A stretch of 64,000 nt of DNA from an uncultured SAR86 cluster bacterium (GCA_902591665.1 CACJBO010000001.1:82116-146115); one strand, 5' to 3'. Shown: positions 10,418-19,969, counted from the stretch's first letter. Made by a program: numbers and translations. The notes: generated by a model not told the origin, from the letters alone.

Positions 10418-10480
10418 ATTTTTTAATTTTACTTTGATTAAAAGTGTGGGCGTTATAATATCAGATTTATCGAGTAATTA

Positions 10481-10978
10481 ATGAAGCTAAAGAAAATATC
10501 ATCTTGGAAAAATTTTGAATCTATTGAATCAAAAATATCAAAAAATGAAATACATTCGTGGTTGCTTGAAAAAGGCCCCATAACCAAAAGAATAAAAAAA
10601 AATGGATCATTTAAACTTCATCTTATTCAAGATGAATTATCTTTTATAGAACAAGAAGATAAAGACTTTATCGACTGTACATCTAATGAAATAAAGTTAA
10701 GAGAAGTTATTCTTTTTTGTAATGATGAGCCAATAGTTTTTGCTCAAACAATAATCCCTGTTGAAACAATTTCAAAAGGATTGGAGCAACTAGGAAATCT
10801 TGGAAATAAACCCCTTGGTGATATTCTCTTTGAGAAAGATATTTTTACTAAAGATAAAGTCGTTTATGCTTTATTTAAAAACGCTTCAAGCTTGTATTGG
10901 GGCAGAAAAGCAAAGTATTTAGTTAAAGGCTATAAATTCTCAGTGATGGAAATTTTTTTAATAGATACAGATGATTAG
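10481..10978 (+). CDS. ubiC: Chorismate pyruvate-lyase
   Basis: Size is 165 aa. It sits immediately upstream of and overlaps ubiA. It has the WLL..GS.T-like N-terminal region and the PLG..LF motif. Confidence 0.7.
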   Translation: MKLKKISSWKNFESIESKISKNEIHSWLLEKGPITKRIKKNGSFKLHLIQDELSFIEQEDKDFIDCTSNEIKLREVILFCNDEPIVFAQTIIPVETISKGLEQLGNLGNKPLGDILFEKDIFTKDKVVYALFKNASSLYWGRKAKYLVKGYKFSVMEIFLIDTDD

Positions 10979-11825
10979 TAAATTAATGATTTATTTAAGG
11001 CTTGCTAGGCTGGACAAGCCTGTGGGCATTTATCTTTTACTCTGGCCATCACTAATGGGGCTTATGTTGGGAGCTCTCAATGAGGGTTATATCGATTTTG
11101 AAAATTACCTTATTGTATTAGCTGGGGCAATCCTAGTAAGGTCTTGCGGCTGTGTGATTAATGATATTAGTGATTATAAATTTGATAAATTAGTCTCAAG
11201 AACAAAAGATAGACCCATTGCTAAAGGTGAGGTAAGCCTCAAAGGCGCATGGATATTTTTCTCCATATTGGCATCTTCTTGTTTGAGTCTTCTGATATTC
11301 GTACCAAAGGCAACTGTTCAAATTTCATTGTTTATCGCCATTTTTATCTTAATATACCCGCTAACAAAAAGATTTTTAAAAGCACCTCAATTTTTTCTGG
11401 GCATAACCTTTGGATCAGGAACTCTAATATCTTATAGTCTTGTATCAACAAACTTCTCCTTATCAATATTACTTCTATTTATAGGAACGGTTTTGTGGAT
11501 CATTAGTTTTGATACTATTTATGCGCTAGAAGACATAGAAGATGATAGATTGATTGGAATTAATTCAACTCCAATATTGTGGGGAGATAAAGCAATAATA
11601 ATTAGCAAGATTCTTCATTTATTATTTTATTTCTCTCTTTTATTAATATTTTATATTAATCAATTTTCACCTTTGTTTCTTGCAATATTATTGCTATTGT
11701 TCTGTATTTATTTTTACCAAAATAGTCTTGTTAATCAGGGGAAATACTTAAAATCATTCAAAATGAATAATTGGGTTGGCATGATAGCTTCGATTGGCTT
11801 TGTAATCGAAATTTTTCTGATCTAG
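10971..11825 (+). CDS. ubiA: 4-hydroxybenzoate polyprenyltransferase
   Basis: RLDKPVG and NDISDYKFD (NDxxDxxxD) motifs and a second Asp-rich motif YALEDIEDD. Polytopic membrane protein. Confidence 0.9.
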   Translation: MISKLMIYLRLARLDKPVGIYLLLWPSLMGLMLGALNEGYIDFENYLIVLAGAILVRSCGCVINDISDYKFDKLVSRTKDRPIAKGEVSLKGAWIFFSILASSCLSLLIFVPKATVQISLFIAIFILIYPLTKRFLKAPQFFLGITFGSGTLISYSLVSTNFSLSILLLFIGTVLWIISFDTIYALEDIEDDRLIGINSTPILWGDKAIIISKILHLLFYFSLLLIFYINQFSPLFLAILLLLFCIYFYQNSLVNQGKYLKSFKMNNWVGMIASIGFVIEIFLI

Positions 11826-11835
11826 GCATCTTGAA

Positions 11836-12972
11836 ATGAAAAGCAAATTTATTGAAAGCTTATCTGAAATTTCATCTGTTGATTTCAATCAGATCATTGA
11901 TGAAAAAGATAAGCCTTTCATGTCATATGAATATCTCTATGCATTGGAACAAAGTAAATCTGTTCACGCAAATAATGGCTGGCAATCATTTCACTTAACT
12001 CTGGCTGAAAAGGGAGATCTTTCAGGCTTTATTCCGATATACAAAAAAAACAATAGTCATGGAGAATTTGTTTTTGATCATCAATGGTCTTATGCCCTAA
12101 GAAGAGCAAATAGAGATTATTATCCAAAATTACTTAGTGCTATTCCCTTTACTCCTTGTGAGACAAGAAAATTCATAACTTCTCAATCTATTAACATCGA
12201 GAGTTTTACTAAACCAGTAATTGATTACATGAAAAAAAATGATATAGAGACATGGCACATTCTTTTTCCAGACAAAAAACTCGCTAAAACTCTTATTGAA
12301 AACAATTTTATAGAGAGAAGTGGGTATAGGTTTGTCTGGAATAACAAAAAATATGAAAACTTTAATGACTTTCTTAAAATCTTTACTTCAAGACAAAGAA
12401 AAAATATTAAATCTGAAAGAAAGAAAATTCATGACTCAGGCATCAGTTTTTCAGTAAAAGATAATACTAATGTGACATTAGATGATTGGCTTGTTTTTTA
12501 CGAATTTTACAAATCTACTTACCATGAACGCATGCAGGCGCCCTATCTTAATTTTGATTTTTTTAATTTGGTCCACAAGTATAAAGATGCTCTTTGCCCT
12601 GTTATTTTTTTTGCTGAACTTGAAGGAAATAAAATTGCTGGATCACTATGCTTTCAAAGTAAAGATACTCTTTATGGAAGACATTGGGGCTCATCAATAA
12701 ATATTGATAGCTTGCATTTCGAATGTTGTTATTATCAAGGGATTGAATACTGCATAAAAAATGGGATTAGCTTTTTTGATCCTGGCGTTCAAGGAGAGCA
12801 TAAAATTAGGAGAGGTTTTGAGCCAAGGGCCTCTAACTCATATCATTATGTATTACATGAAGATTTTAGAGCAGCCATTGAATCTTTTTGTAAAGAAGAA
12901 GAAATTAGCATAAAAAAATATTTAGCAGCTTGCAGTGAATATACACCTATAAAAAAAGAATATAGAATTTAG
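11836..12972 (+). CDS. FemAB/GNAT-like protein of the COG3146 (DUF482) family, function unknown
   Basis: The N-terminal ..PFMSYEYL.ALE.S.. and ..YYPKLLSAIPFTP.. patterns are as I recall them for this family. Length is 378 aa. Confidence 0.55.
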   Translation: MKSKFIESLSEISSVDFNQIIDEKDKPFMSYEYLYALEQSKSVHANNGWQSFHLTLAEKGDLSGFIPIYKKNNSHGEFVFDHQWSYALRRANRDYYPKLLSAIPFTPCETRKFITSQSINIESFTKPVIDYMKKNDIETWHILFPDKKLAKTLIENNFIERSGYRFVWNNKKYENFNDFLKIFTSRQRKNIKSERKKIHDSGISFSVKDNTNVTLDDWLVFYEFYKSTYHERMQAPYLNFDFFNLVHKYKDALCPVIFFAELEGNKIAGSLCFQSKDTLYGRHWGSSINIDSLHFECCYYQGIEYCIKNGISFFDPGVQGEHKIRRGFEPRASNSYHYVLHEDFRAAIESFCKEEEISIKKYLAACSEYTPIKKEYRI

Positions 12973-12974
12973 GT

Positions 12975-13421
12975 ATGTTAAAAACATTGCCTGTAACTTC
13001 TCATCATCTGACAGTGTGTGAAGCAAATTTTATTAGGCTTAAAAAATTATTAAATAATTACTCATCAGATGAAGTCTTTTTTGAATCTATTAACCCAAAT
13101 CAATCTTCTCTAAAAATTAATTTTCTTATATTGAGTAAAACCAAACACACAATAATTCTTGAAGCTAAACAGAGTGGAGATAAAAAAGATATTCACAGTA
13201 ATTTTGTGCTAAGGATTCAAATCAGCTTAGATGCAAAACTAGCAGAAGTTTTATCTTATCAAGGTGAAAAACCTCTTCCTTTTTTTATAAACCAATCAAA
13301 AAGACAATCATTTGATGAGAAACTTCAGCAAAATAAATTCTTAACAGAATGGTTAGAAAGTATTTTTGTCTCAGGTATTTCATGTAAGGAGCAAATTAGT
13401 AGTTTATTAAATAATGTCTAA
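12975..13421 (+). CDS. yqiB: DUF1249 protein (YqiB-like)
   Basis: VCEANFIRLKKLL and DEKLQQNKFLTEWL align with E. coli YqiB (LCEMNFSQLRRLL, DEKHQINQFLADWL). It is followed by yqiA, as in E. coli. Confidence 0.7.
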   Translation: MLKTLPVTSHHLTVCEANFIRLKKLLNNYSSDEVFFESINPNQSSLKINFLILSKTKHTIILEAKQSGDKKDIHSNFVLRIQISLDAKLAEVLSYQGEKPLPFFINQSKRQSFDEKLQQNKFLTEWLESIFVSGISCKEQISSLLNNV

Positions 13422-13989
13422 CACTATTCTTTATTTCCATGGATTTAAATCTTCTAGTGATTCTGGTAAAGCTCAGGAGTTTAAAAAATTTATAGAAAAT
13501 AAGACATCTCAAACAAAGATTATAATTCCCGACTTAAAAGATGATTTCAAAGAAGCACATAAACAAATAGAAGGCCTTATTGAGAAAAATAACCCAAATA
13601 TTTTATATATGGGTAGCTCATTAGGAGGTTATTATGCCCTTTATTTTGCTCAACTTTATAAAACCAAATCGGTACTAATTAACCCGGCTATACCTCCACT
13701 GAAGGATTTTGAGATCCATCTTGGCAAAAATGAAAATTATGCTACTGGAAATAAATTTACTATTTCAAAAGATGATATTTCTTATGTTAGAAGTCTTCAT
13801 CATAAGGAAATTTTAGAACCGAAAAATAATTTAATACTACTAGAATCTGGTGATGAAATTCTCAACTATGCTGAATCTTCTAGTCATTTCAGAGGCTCTT
13901 ATATAGATATATTTTATGGTGGAAATCATTCATATACATCTATCAAAGAAAAATTTACAAAAATCAAAGATTTTTTTGATCTAAAATAA
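13414..13989 (+). CDS. yqiA: YqiA family esterase (alpha/beta hydrolase, UPF0227)
   Basis: ILYFHGFKSS, GSSLGGYYA (GxSxG) and GGNHSY motifs parallel E. coli YqiA. Confidence 0.8.
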   Translation: MSNTILYFHGFKSSSDSGKAQEFKKFIENKTSQTKIIIPDLKDDFKEAHKQIEGLIEKNNPNILYMGSSLGGYYALYFAQLYKTKSVLINPAIPPLKDFEIHLGKNENYATGNKFTISKDDISYVRSLHHKEILEPKNNLILLESGDEILNYAESSSHFRGSYIDIFYGGNHSYTSIKEKFTKIKDFFDLK

Positions 13990-13990
13990 T

Positions 13991-14007
13991 TGCATCAATT
14001 TAATGCA
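13991..14007 (+). promoter_or_regulatory. Candidate NtrC binding site 1 (TGCATCAATTTAATGCA)
   Basis: 17-bp dyad TGCAT-N7-ATGCA resembling the NtrC consensus TGCACC-N5-GGTGCA. Its centre is 30 bp upstream of site 2. Confidence 0.5.
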
Positions 14008-14020
14008 ATATCAATATTAA

Positions 14021-14037
14021 TGCACTAAAATAGCGCA
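14021..14037 (+). promoter_or_regulatory. Candidate NtrC binding site 2 (TGCACTAAAATAGCGCA)
   Basis: 17-bp element with TGCAC / GCGCA half sites, about 50 bp upstream of the -24 GG. Confidence 0.55.
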
Positions 14038-14076
14038 TAAATAGTTCAAATATTGTGCATATAGCTTTAAAAATAA

Positions 14077-14092
14077 TGGCATGTAAATTGCT
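14077..14092 (+). promoter_or_regulatory. Sigma-54 (-24/-12) promoter TGGCAT-N5-TTGCT
   Basis: Near-perfect match to TGGCAC-N5-TTGCW, with GG and GC correctly spaced. It lies about 40 nt upstream of the glnII ATG. Confidence 0.7.
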
Positions 14093-14131
14093 TTGTTAAT
14101 AGTGCTAAATAAAATTTTATTAGGAGAAATA

Positions 14132-15112
14132 ATGGCAGAATATAAAACTTATGAATACATATGGTTAGATGGCTACCAGCCTGAAGCCAATATGAGAAGT
14201 AAGGTGAAGGCTACTGAAGCTGATACACCTCCAGATTGGTCATTTGATGGATCATCTACACAACAAGCAGAGGGTGGTAGCTCTGATTGTTTACTTTTAC
14301 CTGTTCAGACATATGCTAACCCAAATGGACATGATATCGTTATGACAGAAGTCCAAGCAGCTGACCACACTACTCACCCATCTAATTACAGAGCAGCAGC
14401 CGCTGAGGTTGTAAGTGATGAATGGTGGTTTGGTTTTGAACAAGAATTCTTTTTTACAGATCCTGAGACAGGCGAGCCTCTTGGTTGGGAAAATGGAACA
14501 CCAAAAGAACAAGGAGAATACTACTGCGGTGTTGGCGCGGGTAATGTTGTTGGAAGAGAAATCTCTGATGCACATTTACAAGCATGTCTTGATCTAGGAA
14601 TTACGCTTACAGGTACAAATGCAGAGGTTGCTCTTGGACAATGGGAATACCAATGTTTTGGTAAAGGCATTAAGGCAGCTGATGATCTTTGGGTTAGTAG
14701 ATATTTACTATTTAAAATTGCCGAAGAGTTTGGAGTTGGTGTAAACATTCATCCTAAACCTAAAACAGGTGATTGGAATGGTTCTGGTATGCATACTAAC
14801 TTCTCAAATGAAGCGATGAGAACTGGTGGTTCTGAAGAGCTATTTAACTCATACTGTGACAAGCTCGGTGAAGTTCATGAAGAAGGTATCGCGTCTTATG
14901 GATCAGACAATGACATGAGGCTTACTGGATTACATGAAACTCAAAGCATTGATAAATTCTCATATGGTGTAAGTGACAGGGGTGCAAGTATAAGAATTCC
15001 TGTTTATACCGTTGAGCATAACTGGAATGGTTATTTGGAAGACAGAAGACCTGCTTCTAATGCTGATCCTTATAAAATTTTGGCACACATTGTGGGAACA
15101 TTAACCAAATAA
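14132..15112 (+). CDS. glnII: Glutamine synthetase type II (eukaryote-like GSII), 326 aa
   Basis: YEYIWLDG and FDGSSTQQAEGGSSDCLLLPV motifs, the NAEVALGQWEYQ region and GSGMHTNFS are GSII-type. The length is far shorter than GSI (about 470 aa). The start is set at the ATG at 14132, preceded by AGGAGA. The track's TTG at 14093 overlaps the predicted promoter. Confidence 0.9.
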   Translation: MAEYKTYEYIWLDGYQPEANMRSKVKATEADTPPDWSFDGSSTQQAEGGSSDCLLLPVQTYANPNGHDIVMTEVQAADHTTHPSNYRAAAAEVVSDEWWFGFEQEFFFTDPETGEPLGWENGTPKEQGEYYCGVGAGNVVGREISDAHLQACLDLGITLTGTNAEVALGQWEYQCFGKGIKAADDLWVSRYLLFKIAEEFGVGVNIHPKPKTGDWNGSGMHTNFSNEAMRTGGSEELFNSYCDKLGEVHEEGIASYGSDNDMRLTGLHETQSIDKFSYGVSDRGASIRIPVYTVEHNWNGYLEDRRPASNADPYKILAHIVGTLTK

Positions 15113-15125
15113 TCTCACTAAAAAT

Positions 15126-15151
15126 ATCGACTCCTTGTAAAAGGAGTCGAT
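15126..15151 (+). promoter_or_regulatory. 11-bp stem-loop between glnII and ntrB (ATCGACTCCTT-gtaa-AAGGAGTCGAT). The 3' arm contains the only SD-like AAGGAG ahead of ntrB.
   Basis: Read directly from the sequence. No U-tract follows, so it is not a canonical intrinsic terminator. Confidence 0.55.
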
Positions 15152-15158
15152 TCACTTA

Positions 15159-16244
15159 ATGAACAATCCTGAAATATTTAATCAAAACATATTAAATCAA
15201 ATCACCTCAGAGATTGTCGTTCTTGATAAAGATTTGAAAGTTATTTGGATCAATGATTCAGCAATTACAAATAACTGGAAAATATCAGATGAACATACCG
15301 ATATAAATTCTCAGTTTTCATTTCAAACTAATGCCGAATTAAAGCAATTAATAGATGACTGTATTGATACCGGAAATACAATCATCAAAAGAGATTTCAA
15401 ATTAGAAAGAGACAATGAAAAATATAGAATTGTAGATTTGACGGTAAATTGGTCTGAATCAGATCAATTGCTAATCTTAGAAGTTTTGTGCGTCGACAAT
15501 TTGCATAAAATTATAGATTCTTCAAAAGTTTTTTCGACTCAAAAAATTGCAGCAAACTTAGCTAGAACATTAGCGCATGAAGTCAAGAATCCACTATCCG
15601 GGATAAAAGGTAGTGCACAAATCCTAATGAATAAGCTTAATGATGATTTTTCAAAAAAATTTCTAGATATCATTATCAATGAAACAGAAAGATTGAATAA
15701 TATTGTTACAAAAATACTCACACCTCCAAAAAAACCAAAGCTTGAATTGTTTAACATTCATTCAGCACTTGAAAAAGTTTTTGCTTTATCGCAAGCCGAT
15801 GAATATGAAGATTTAAAGATTCAAAGAGACTATGATCCAAGCATACCTGAGGTTTATGGAGATGAAGATCTTTTTATACAAGCCATTCTTAATATTTTTA
15901 AAAATGCTCAACAAGCATTAACTTTAACTGAAGATCCCCTCATAACTATTAAATCAAGAGTTACATATAGTCAGCCTATTAATGGTGTTATTCATTCAAC
16001 TCTGTGTGAAGTAAGTATTATTGATAATGGGCCAGGAATTCCACAGGACATTCAAGAGCAAATTTTCTTTCCTATGGTTTCATCAAAAGAAAGTGGGTCT
16101 GGACTTGGTCTATCTATCTCTCAAGATATTATTAGAATTCATGGAGGAGCTATATCTTTCAAAAGTGAGTCGAGTGGAACAACTTTCTCAATCTTAGTTC
16201 CCATTAACATTGAATCTATAAGTGAGGAAGTAAAAAGTGCATAA
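15159..16244 (+). CDS. ntrB: Nitrogen regulation sensor histidine kinase NtrB
   Basis: PAS-like N-terminus, H-box LAHEVKNPLSGIKGSAQIL (E. coli LAHEIKNPLGGLRGAAQLL), N box, and G1/G2 boxes (DNGPGIP, GSGLGLS). Confidence 0.9.
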   Translation: MNNPEIFNQNILNQITSEIVVLDKDLKVIWINDSAITNNWKISDEHTDINSQFSFQTNAELKQLIDDCIDTGNTIIKRDFKLERDNEKYRIVDLTVNWSESDQLLILEVLCVDNLHKIIDSSKVFSTQKIAANLARTLAHEVKNPLSGIKGSAQILMNKLNDDFSKKFLDIIINETERLNNIVTKILTPPKKPKLELFNIHSALEKVFALSQADEYEDLKIQRDYDPSIPEVYGDEDLFIQAILNIFKNAQQALTLTEDPLITIKSRVTYSQPINGVIHSTLCEVSIIDNGPGIPQDIQEQIFFPMVSSKESGSGLGLSISQDIIRIHGGAISFKSESSGTTFSILVPINIESISEEVKSA

Positions 16245-17613
16245 AATTTGGGTATCTGATGATGACAACGCAATAAGGATAATCCTAGAAGAAAGTCTTA
16301 GCTCTTCAGGTTTTGATGTTAAAACTTTTTCATCTGGTGATGATGTGGTGAATGAGTTGAAGAATGATAAGCCTGATTTAATTCTTACAGATGTCCAGAT
16401 GCCAGGCATGCTTGGTTATGATTTACTTAAGCATATTAATGATAATTATGAGGATATCCCAGTCATAATTATGACTGCATTTACTGATATGCAAGCCGCA
16501 GTAGATTCATATGGCGGAGGTGCATTTGAATACATGCCAAAGCCGTTTGATCTCGATGATGCTATTCAGATTATTAATAGAGCTCTTGAAGATAAACCTA
16601 AGACTAAAGGGCTTAAGTCAAAACCTAAAACAGATATTATTGGAGAATCAGCTTCCATGCAGGCTGTTTTTAGGGCGATAGGCAAGCTTTCAACAACAAC
16701 AGCAACAGTTTTAGTTCAAGGTGAATCAGGAACTGGCAAAGAGCTAATTGCAAAATCACTTCATAAAAATAGTCCAAGACATGATATGCCATTTATTGCT
16801 CTTAATATGGCTGATATTCCTAAAGAGCTTGTTGAATCTGAACTATTTGGTCATGAAAAAGGAGCTTTTACTGGAGCCGTTGACAGACGCATAGGTAGAT
16901 TTGAGCAAGCAAATGGTGGAACACTTTTTCTTGATGAAATAGGTGATATGCCATTGGATTCTCAGACCAGGCTATTAAGAGTGTTGTCTAATAAAGAATT
17001 CTATAGAGTTGGCGGAGACAAACCAATAAAAGTAGATGTTCGAATTATTGCAGCCACTCATCAAAACCTTAATAACTTAGTTTCTCAAAAATCATTTAGA
17101 GAAGATTTATTTTATAGATTGAATGTTATAAAAATTAATGTTCCTCCTTTAAGAGATAGAAAGGAAGATATAGATGTTTTAACAAAATATTTCTTAAAAA
17201 ATCATTCGGATTCCTTGGGTGAAGATTTAAGGGTCTTATCAAAAGAAGTTATGGATGCTATAACAAAGTATGACTGGCCTGGCAATGTCAGGCAATTAGA
17301 AAATACATGTTATTGGTTAGCTTTAATGACACCAACTCAAAATGTAAAGGTTGAAGATTTACCTGAAGAAATTAAAGATCATGAAGTCTCTGAGATCCCA
17401 TCTTCTTCTTGGGAAGAAGGTTTTAATAATTGGGTTACAAATGTTGCAACTTCTATAGACAAAGATCTACTAGATATTGTGAATCCAAAAATAGAAAAAA
17501 TTATAGTTAAGGCAGCCTTAGAAAAAAGTAATGGTAAAAAAAATGAGGCGGCTATTCTCTTAGGTCTTGGAAGAAATACTCTGGCAAAAAAAATAAAAGA
17601 ACTTGGAATCTAA
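16237..17613 (+). CDS. ntrC: Sigma-54-dependent response regulator NtrC
   Basis: Receiver domain (DD..D..MPGM), AAA+ domain with GESGTGKE Walker A and the GAFTGA sigma-54 contact loop, and a C-terminal HTH. GTG start overlaps ntrB by 8 nt. Confidence 0.9.
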   Translation: MHKIWVSDDDNAIRIILEESLSSSGFDVKTFSSGDDVVNELKNDKPDLILTDVQMPGMLGYDLLKHINDNYEDIPVIIMTAFTDMQAAVDSYGGGAFEYMPKPFDLDDAIQIINRALEDKPKTKGLKSKPKTDIIGESASMQAVFRAIGKLSTTTATVLVQGESGTGKELIAKSLHKNSPRHDMPFIALNMADIPKELVESELFGHEKGAFTGAVDRRIGRFEQANGGTLFLDEIGDMPLDSQTRLLRVLSNKEFYRVGGDKPIKVDVRIIAATHQNLNNLVSQKSFREDLFYRLNVIKINVPPLRDRKEDIDVLTKYFLKNHSDSLGEDLRVLSKEVMDAITKYDWPGNVRQLENTCYWLALMTPTQNVKVEDLPEEIKDHEVSEIPSSSWEEGFNNWVTNVATSIDKDLLDIVNPKIEKIIVKAALEKSNGKKNEAAILLGLGRNTLAKKIKELGI

Positions 17614-18020
17614 ATTAGAGGCAGATTATCCATTCTCCAATTATTAATTCCCCCAGATAAAATTAAAGTATCCTTGTGTCCTAAATTTTGAAGTTTCTCA
17701 CCAGCATTTGCTGACTGGCTACCCGTTTCGCAAATTAATACCAAAGATATACCCTCATATTTTTTTATTTCATGAGCTCTATCGTCAAGATTCGCAAAAG
17801 GAATGTTAATAGATCCTGTGATATGACCATCATCAAAATCAGCAGCAGGCCTTAAATCAATCAGCTTTGCCTTATCCAGGTTCGTTAAATTTATTAAATC
17901 TTGTGCAGTAATTTTCTTTCCGCCCTTTTTAGCGCTAGATCTTATTAATAAAACTATAGCTACAAGAAGTGGAACAGAATAATAATAATGTTCAATTAGA
18001 AATAAAATAAACCTATCCAT
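17610..18020 (-). CDS. Membrane-anchored rhodanese-domain protein (YibN-like)
   Basis: N-terminal TM helix and a rhodanese fold with active-site loop CETGSQS. Length is 136 aa. Confidence 0.7.
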   Translation of the reverse strand: MDRFILFLIEHYYYSVPLLVAIVLLIRSSAKKGGKKITAQDLINLTNLDKAKLIDLRPAADFDDGHITGSINIPFANLDDRAHEIKKYEGISLVLICETGSQSANAGEKLQNLGHKDTLILSGGINNWRMDNLPLI

Positions 18021-18067
18021 GCGTGTATTATCTATTAAAATGGCATAAAAGTATTACAAAATTAAAA

Positions 18068-18700
18068 ATGAAATCTAGAAATTTAATATTGGTAAGGCAC
18101 GGTCAAAGCGAATGGAATGCAAAAAATCTTTTTACAGGATGGAAAGATCCAGGGCTTACTGATCAAGGGGTTTCAGAGGCAAAAAATGCAGGTAAATTAA
18201 TCTTAGAACAAAACATTGAATTTGATGTTATGTATACATCTATGCTTTCAAGAGCTCAAAAGACTGGAGATATTATCCTTCGAATTTTAAATCATAAAGA
18301 AATACCAATAATAAAAAATGAAGCTCTAAACGAAAGACATTACGGAAGTCTAGCGGGCTTAAATAAAGATGATGCAAGGAAAAAGTGGGGAGAGGAGCAG
18401 GTTCATATATGGAGAAGATCGTTTGATATACCACCTCCGGACGGAGAAAGTCTCAAAGATACAGCTGATAGAGTACTTCCATATTTTGAAACTGAAATTA
18501 TGCCAAAGGTTATAAGTGGTTCAAGCATATTAATTGCAGCTCATGGAAATTCTCTTAGAGCGTTAATAATGAAACTAGATTCTATTTCATCTCAAGATAT
18601 TGTTAAACTTGAAATACCTACTGGTGCTCCTATTCAATATGAATTCACTTCAGATGGCTTAGTAGATAAAAAAACAAATCTCTATGAAAAAGAATTGTGA
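18068..18700 (+). CDS. gpmA: 2,3-bisphosphoglycerate-dependent phosphoglycerate mutase
   Basis: [10 protein letters not shown] catalytic His motif and [10 protein letters not shown]. Start re-set to the ATG at 18068 (the track uses GTG at 18023). Confidence 0.9.
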   Translation: MKSRNLILVRHGQSEWNAKNLFTGWKDPGLTDQGVSEAKNAGKLILEQNIEFDVMYTSMLSRAQKTGDIILRILNHKEIPIIKNEALNERHYGSLAGLNKDDARKKWGEEQVHIWRRSFDIPPPDGESLKDTADRVLPYFETEIMPKVISGSSILIAAHGNSLRALIMKLDSISSQDIVKLEIPTGAPIQYEFTSDGLVDKKTNLYEKEL

Positions 18701-19703
18701 TCAAGATTCTCAATTATCAAAACAAATAGTTAAGTGGTATATAAAAAACGGTAGAAGCAACCTTCCTTGGAGAAAAAATGTAACCGCTTATAGAGTTTGG
18801 ATTTCAGAAATAATGTTACAGCAAACTCAAGTAAAGACTGTAATTCCTTTCTTTAAAAAATTTATAAGTAGATATCCAAACCTCAAATCACTTTCTTCAG
18901 CTAATGAAGAAGAAATATTAGCTTTATGGACCGGATTAGGATTTTATAGAAGAGCAATTAATATATACAAAACTAAAGAAATCATCTTACGCGATTTTAA
19001 AAATAGATTCCCAAAATCATTTGATGAAATTGTCAGGCTTCCAGGAATTGGTGAATCAACAGCTGGAGCAATAATGTCTTTAGCATATCAAATTCCATAC
19101 CCCATACTGGACGCTAATGTGAAGAGAGTTATTTCAAGATATGAATCAGTTGATAATGATTCAACTCATAAATCAAATAAAAAGTTATGGGATTTATCTA
19201 ATAAACATACTCCAAGAAAAAATATTTTTTCATACACCCAAGGAATAATGGATTTGGGTGCAACGATTTGTCATAACTCAAAACCAAACTGTTGCATATG
19301 CCCTTTGCAAGAAGGCTGTAAAAGTGCCTTCAAAGTTAAGGTAAACAAAAAAGAAACAAAAAAACAAAACCCAACCAAAAAAATAAATTATGCTTTAGCA
19401 AGAAGTAATGATTCATTTTTATTATTTAAGAAATTAGAAGACTCATTTTGGGAGGGATTGTGGGCACCGCTTGAATTAAACCCCAACCACCCCCTGCCAT
19501 GGAAAGATGATATTGAAAATCTAGAAGAGATTAATATGAAACATAAGCTATCTCATCTTAATTTGGATATAAAAATAAATATTTATAGTTATGAAAAGAC
19601 TTTTAAACTAAAAACTAATGAAAAATATAAATGGGTTAATAAAAGTAATATTGATAAATACGGTATACCAAAGCCCATTAAGTCTATAATAGAAAAATTA
19701 TGA
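18684..19703 (+). CDS. mutY: A/G-specific adenine DNA glycosylase
   Basis: HhH-GPD motif [12 protein letters not shown], 4Fe-4S cluster cysteines C..C..C..C ([17 protein letters not shown]), and a NUDIX-like C-terminal domain. It is followed by yggX. Confidence 0.85.
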   Translation: MKKNCDQDSQLSKQIVKWYIKNGRSNLPWRKNVTAYRVWISEIMLQQTQVKTVIPFFKKFISRYPNLKSLSSANEEEILALWTGLGFYRRAINIYKTKEIILRDFKNRFPKSFDEIVRLPGIGESTAGAIMSLAYQIPYPILDANVKRVISRYESVDNDSTHKSNKKLWDLSNKHTPRKNIFSYTQGIMDLGATICHNSKPNCCICPLQEGCKSAFKVKVNKKETKKQNPTKKINYALARSNDSFLLFKKLEDSFWEGLWAPLELNPNHPLPWKDDIENLEEINMKHKLSHLNLDIKINIYSYEKTFKLKTNEKYKWVNKSNIDKYGIPKPIKSIIEKL

Positions 19704-19969
19704 CTAAGAAAGTATTTTGTAAAAAATATCAAAAAGAAATGGTTGCTTTATCCGTGCCTCCTATGCCTGGGCCAAAGGGAGTAGAGATACAAAGCAGCGT
19801 TTCTCAAGAAGCCTGGGATAAATGGAAGTCTCATCAAACAACTTTGATAAATGAAAAACACTTAGATATGTCTGATCCCGAGAATAGAAAGTGGTTAATT
19901 GAACAAATGGATAAATTTTTTAACAATGAAGATTATGAAAAAGCGTCTGGTTTCAAGGCGTTAGATTAA
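19700..19969 (+). CDS. yggX: Fe(2+)-trafficking / oxidative damage protection protein YggX
   Basis: Length is 89 aa. ..VFC.KY.KE...L..PP.PG..G..I...VS..AW..W...QT.LINE.. pattern. Conserved mutY-yggX pairing. Confidence 0.85.
   Translation: MTKKVFCKKYQKEMVALSVPPMPGPKGVEIQSSVSQEAWDKWKSHQTTLINEKHLDMSDPENRKWLIEQMDKFFNNEDYEKASGFKALD

Noticed and set aside
10225-10437. 70-aa plus-strand ORF from the track
   Set aside because: The opposite strand encodes a textbook rubredoxin across the same bases. The plus-strand translation has no features and would overlap the symporter start.
10418-10480. Sigma-70 promoter with TATAAT (gcgtTATAATatc) for ubiC
   Set aside because: A perfect -10 hexamer is present, but no acceptable -35 lies at 16-18 nt spacing (TTGATT lies at 14 nt). 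The evidence is too ambiguous to list as a feature.
14093-14131. N-terminal extensions proposed by the ORF track, here and at 8925-8954, 18023-18067, 26866-27003, 33330-33356, 35459-35476, 39396-39452, 48821-48838 and 62151-62183
   Set aside because: Each extension uses a rarer or weaker start, or overlaps a neighbouring gene or a predicted promoter. In each case an internal ATG coincides with the conserved N-terminus of the family, often with an SD-like element or an ATGA-type coupling.
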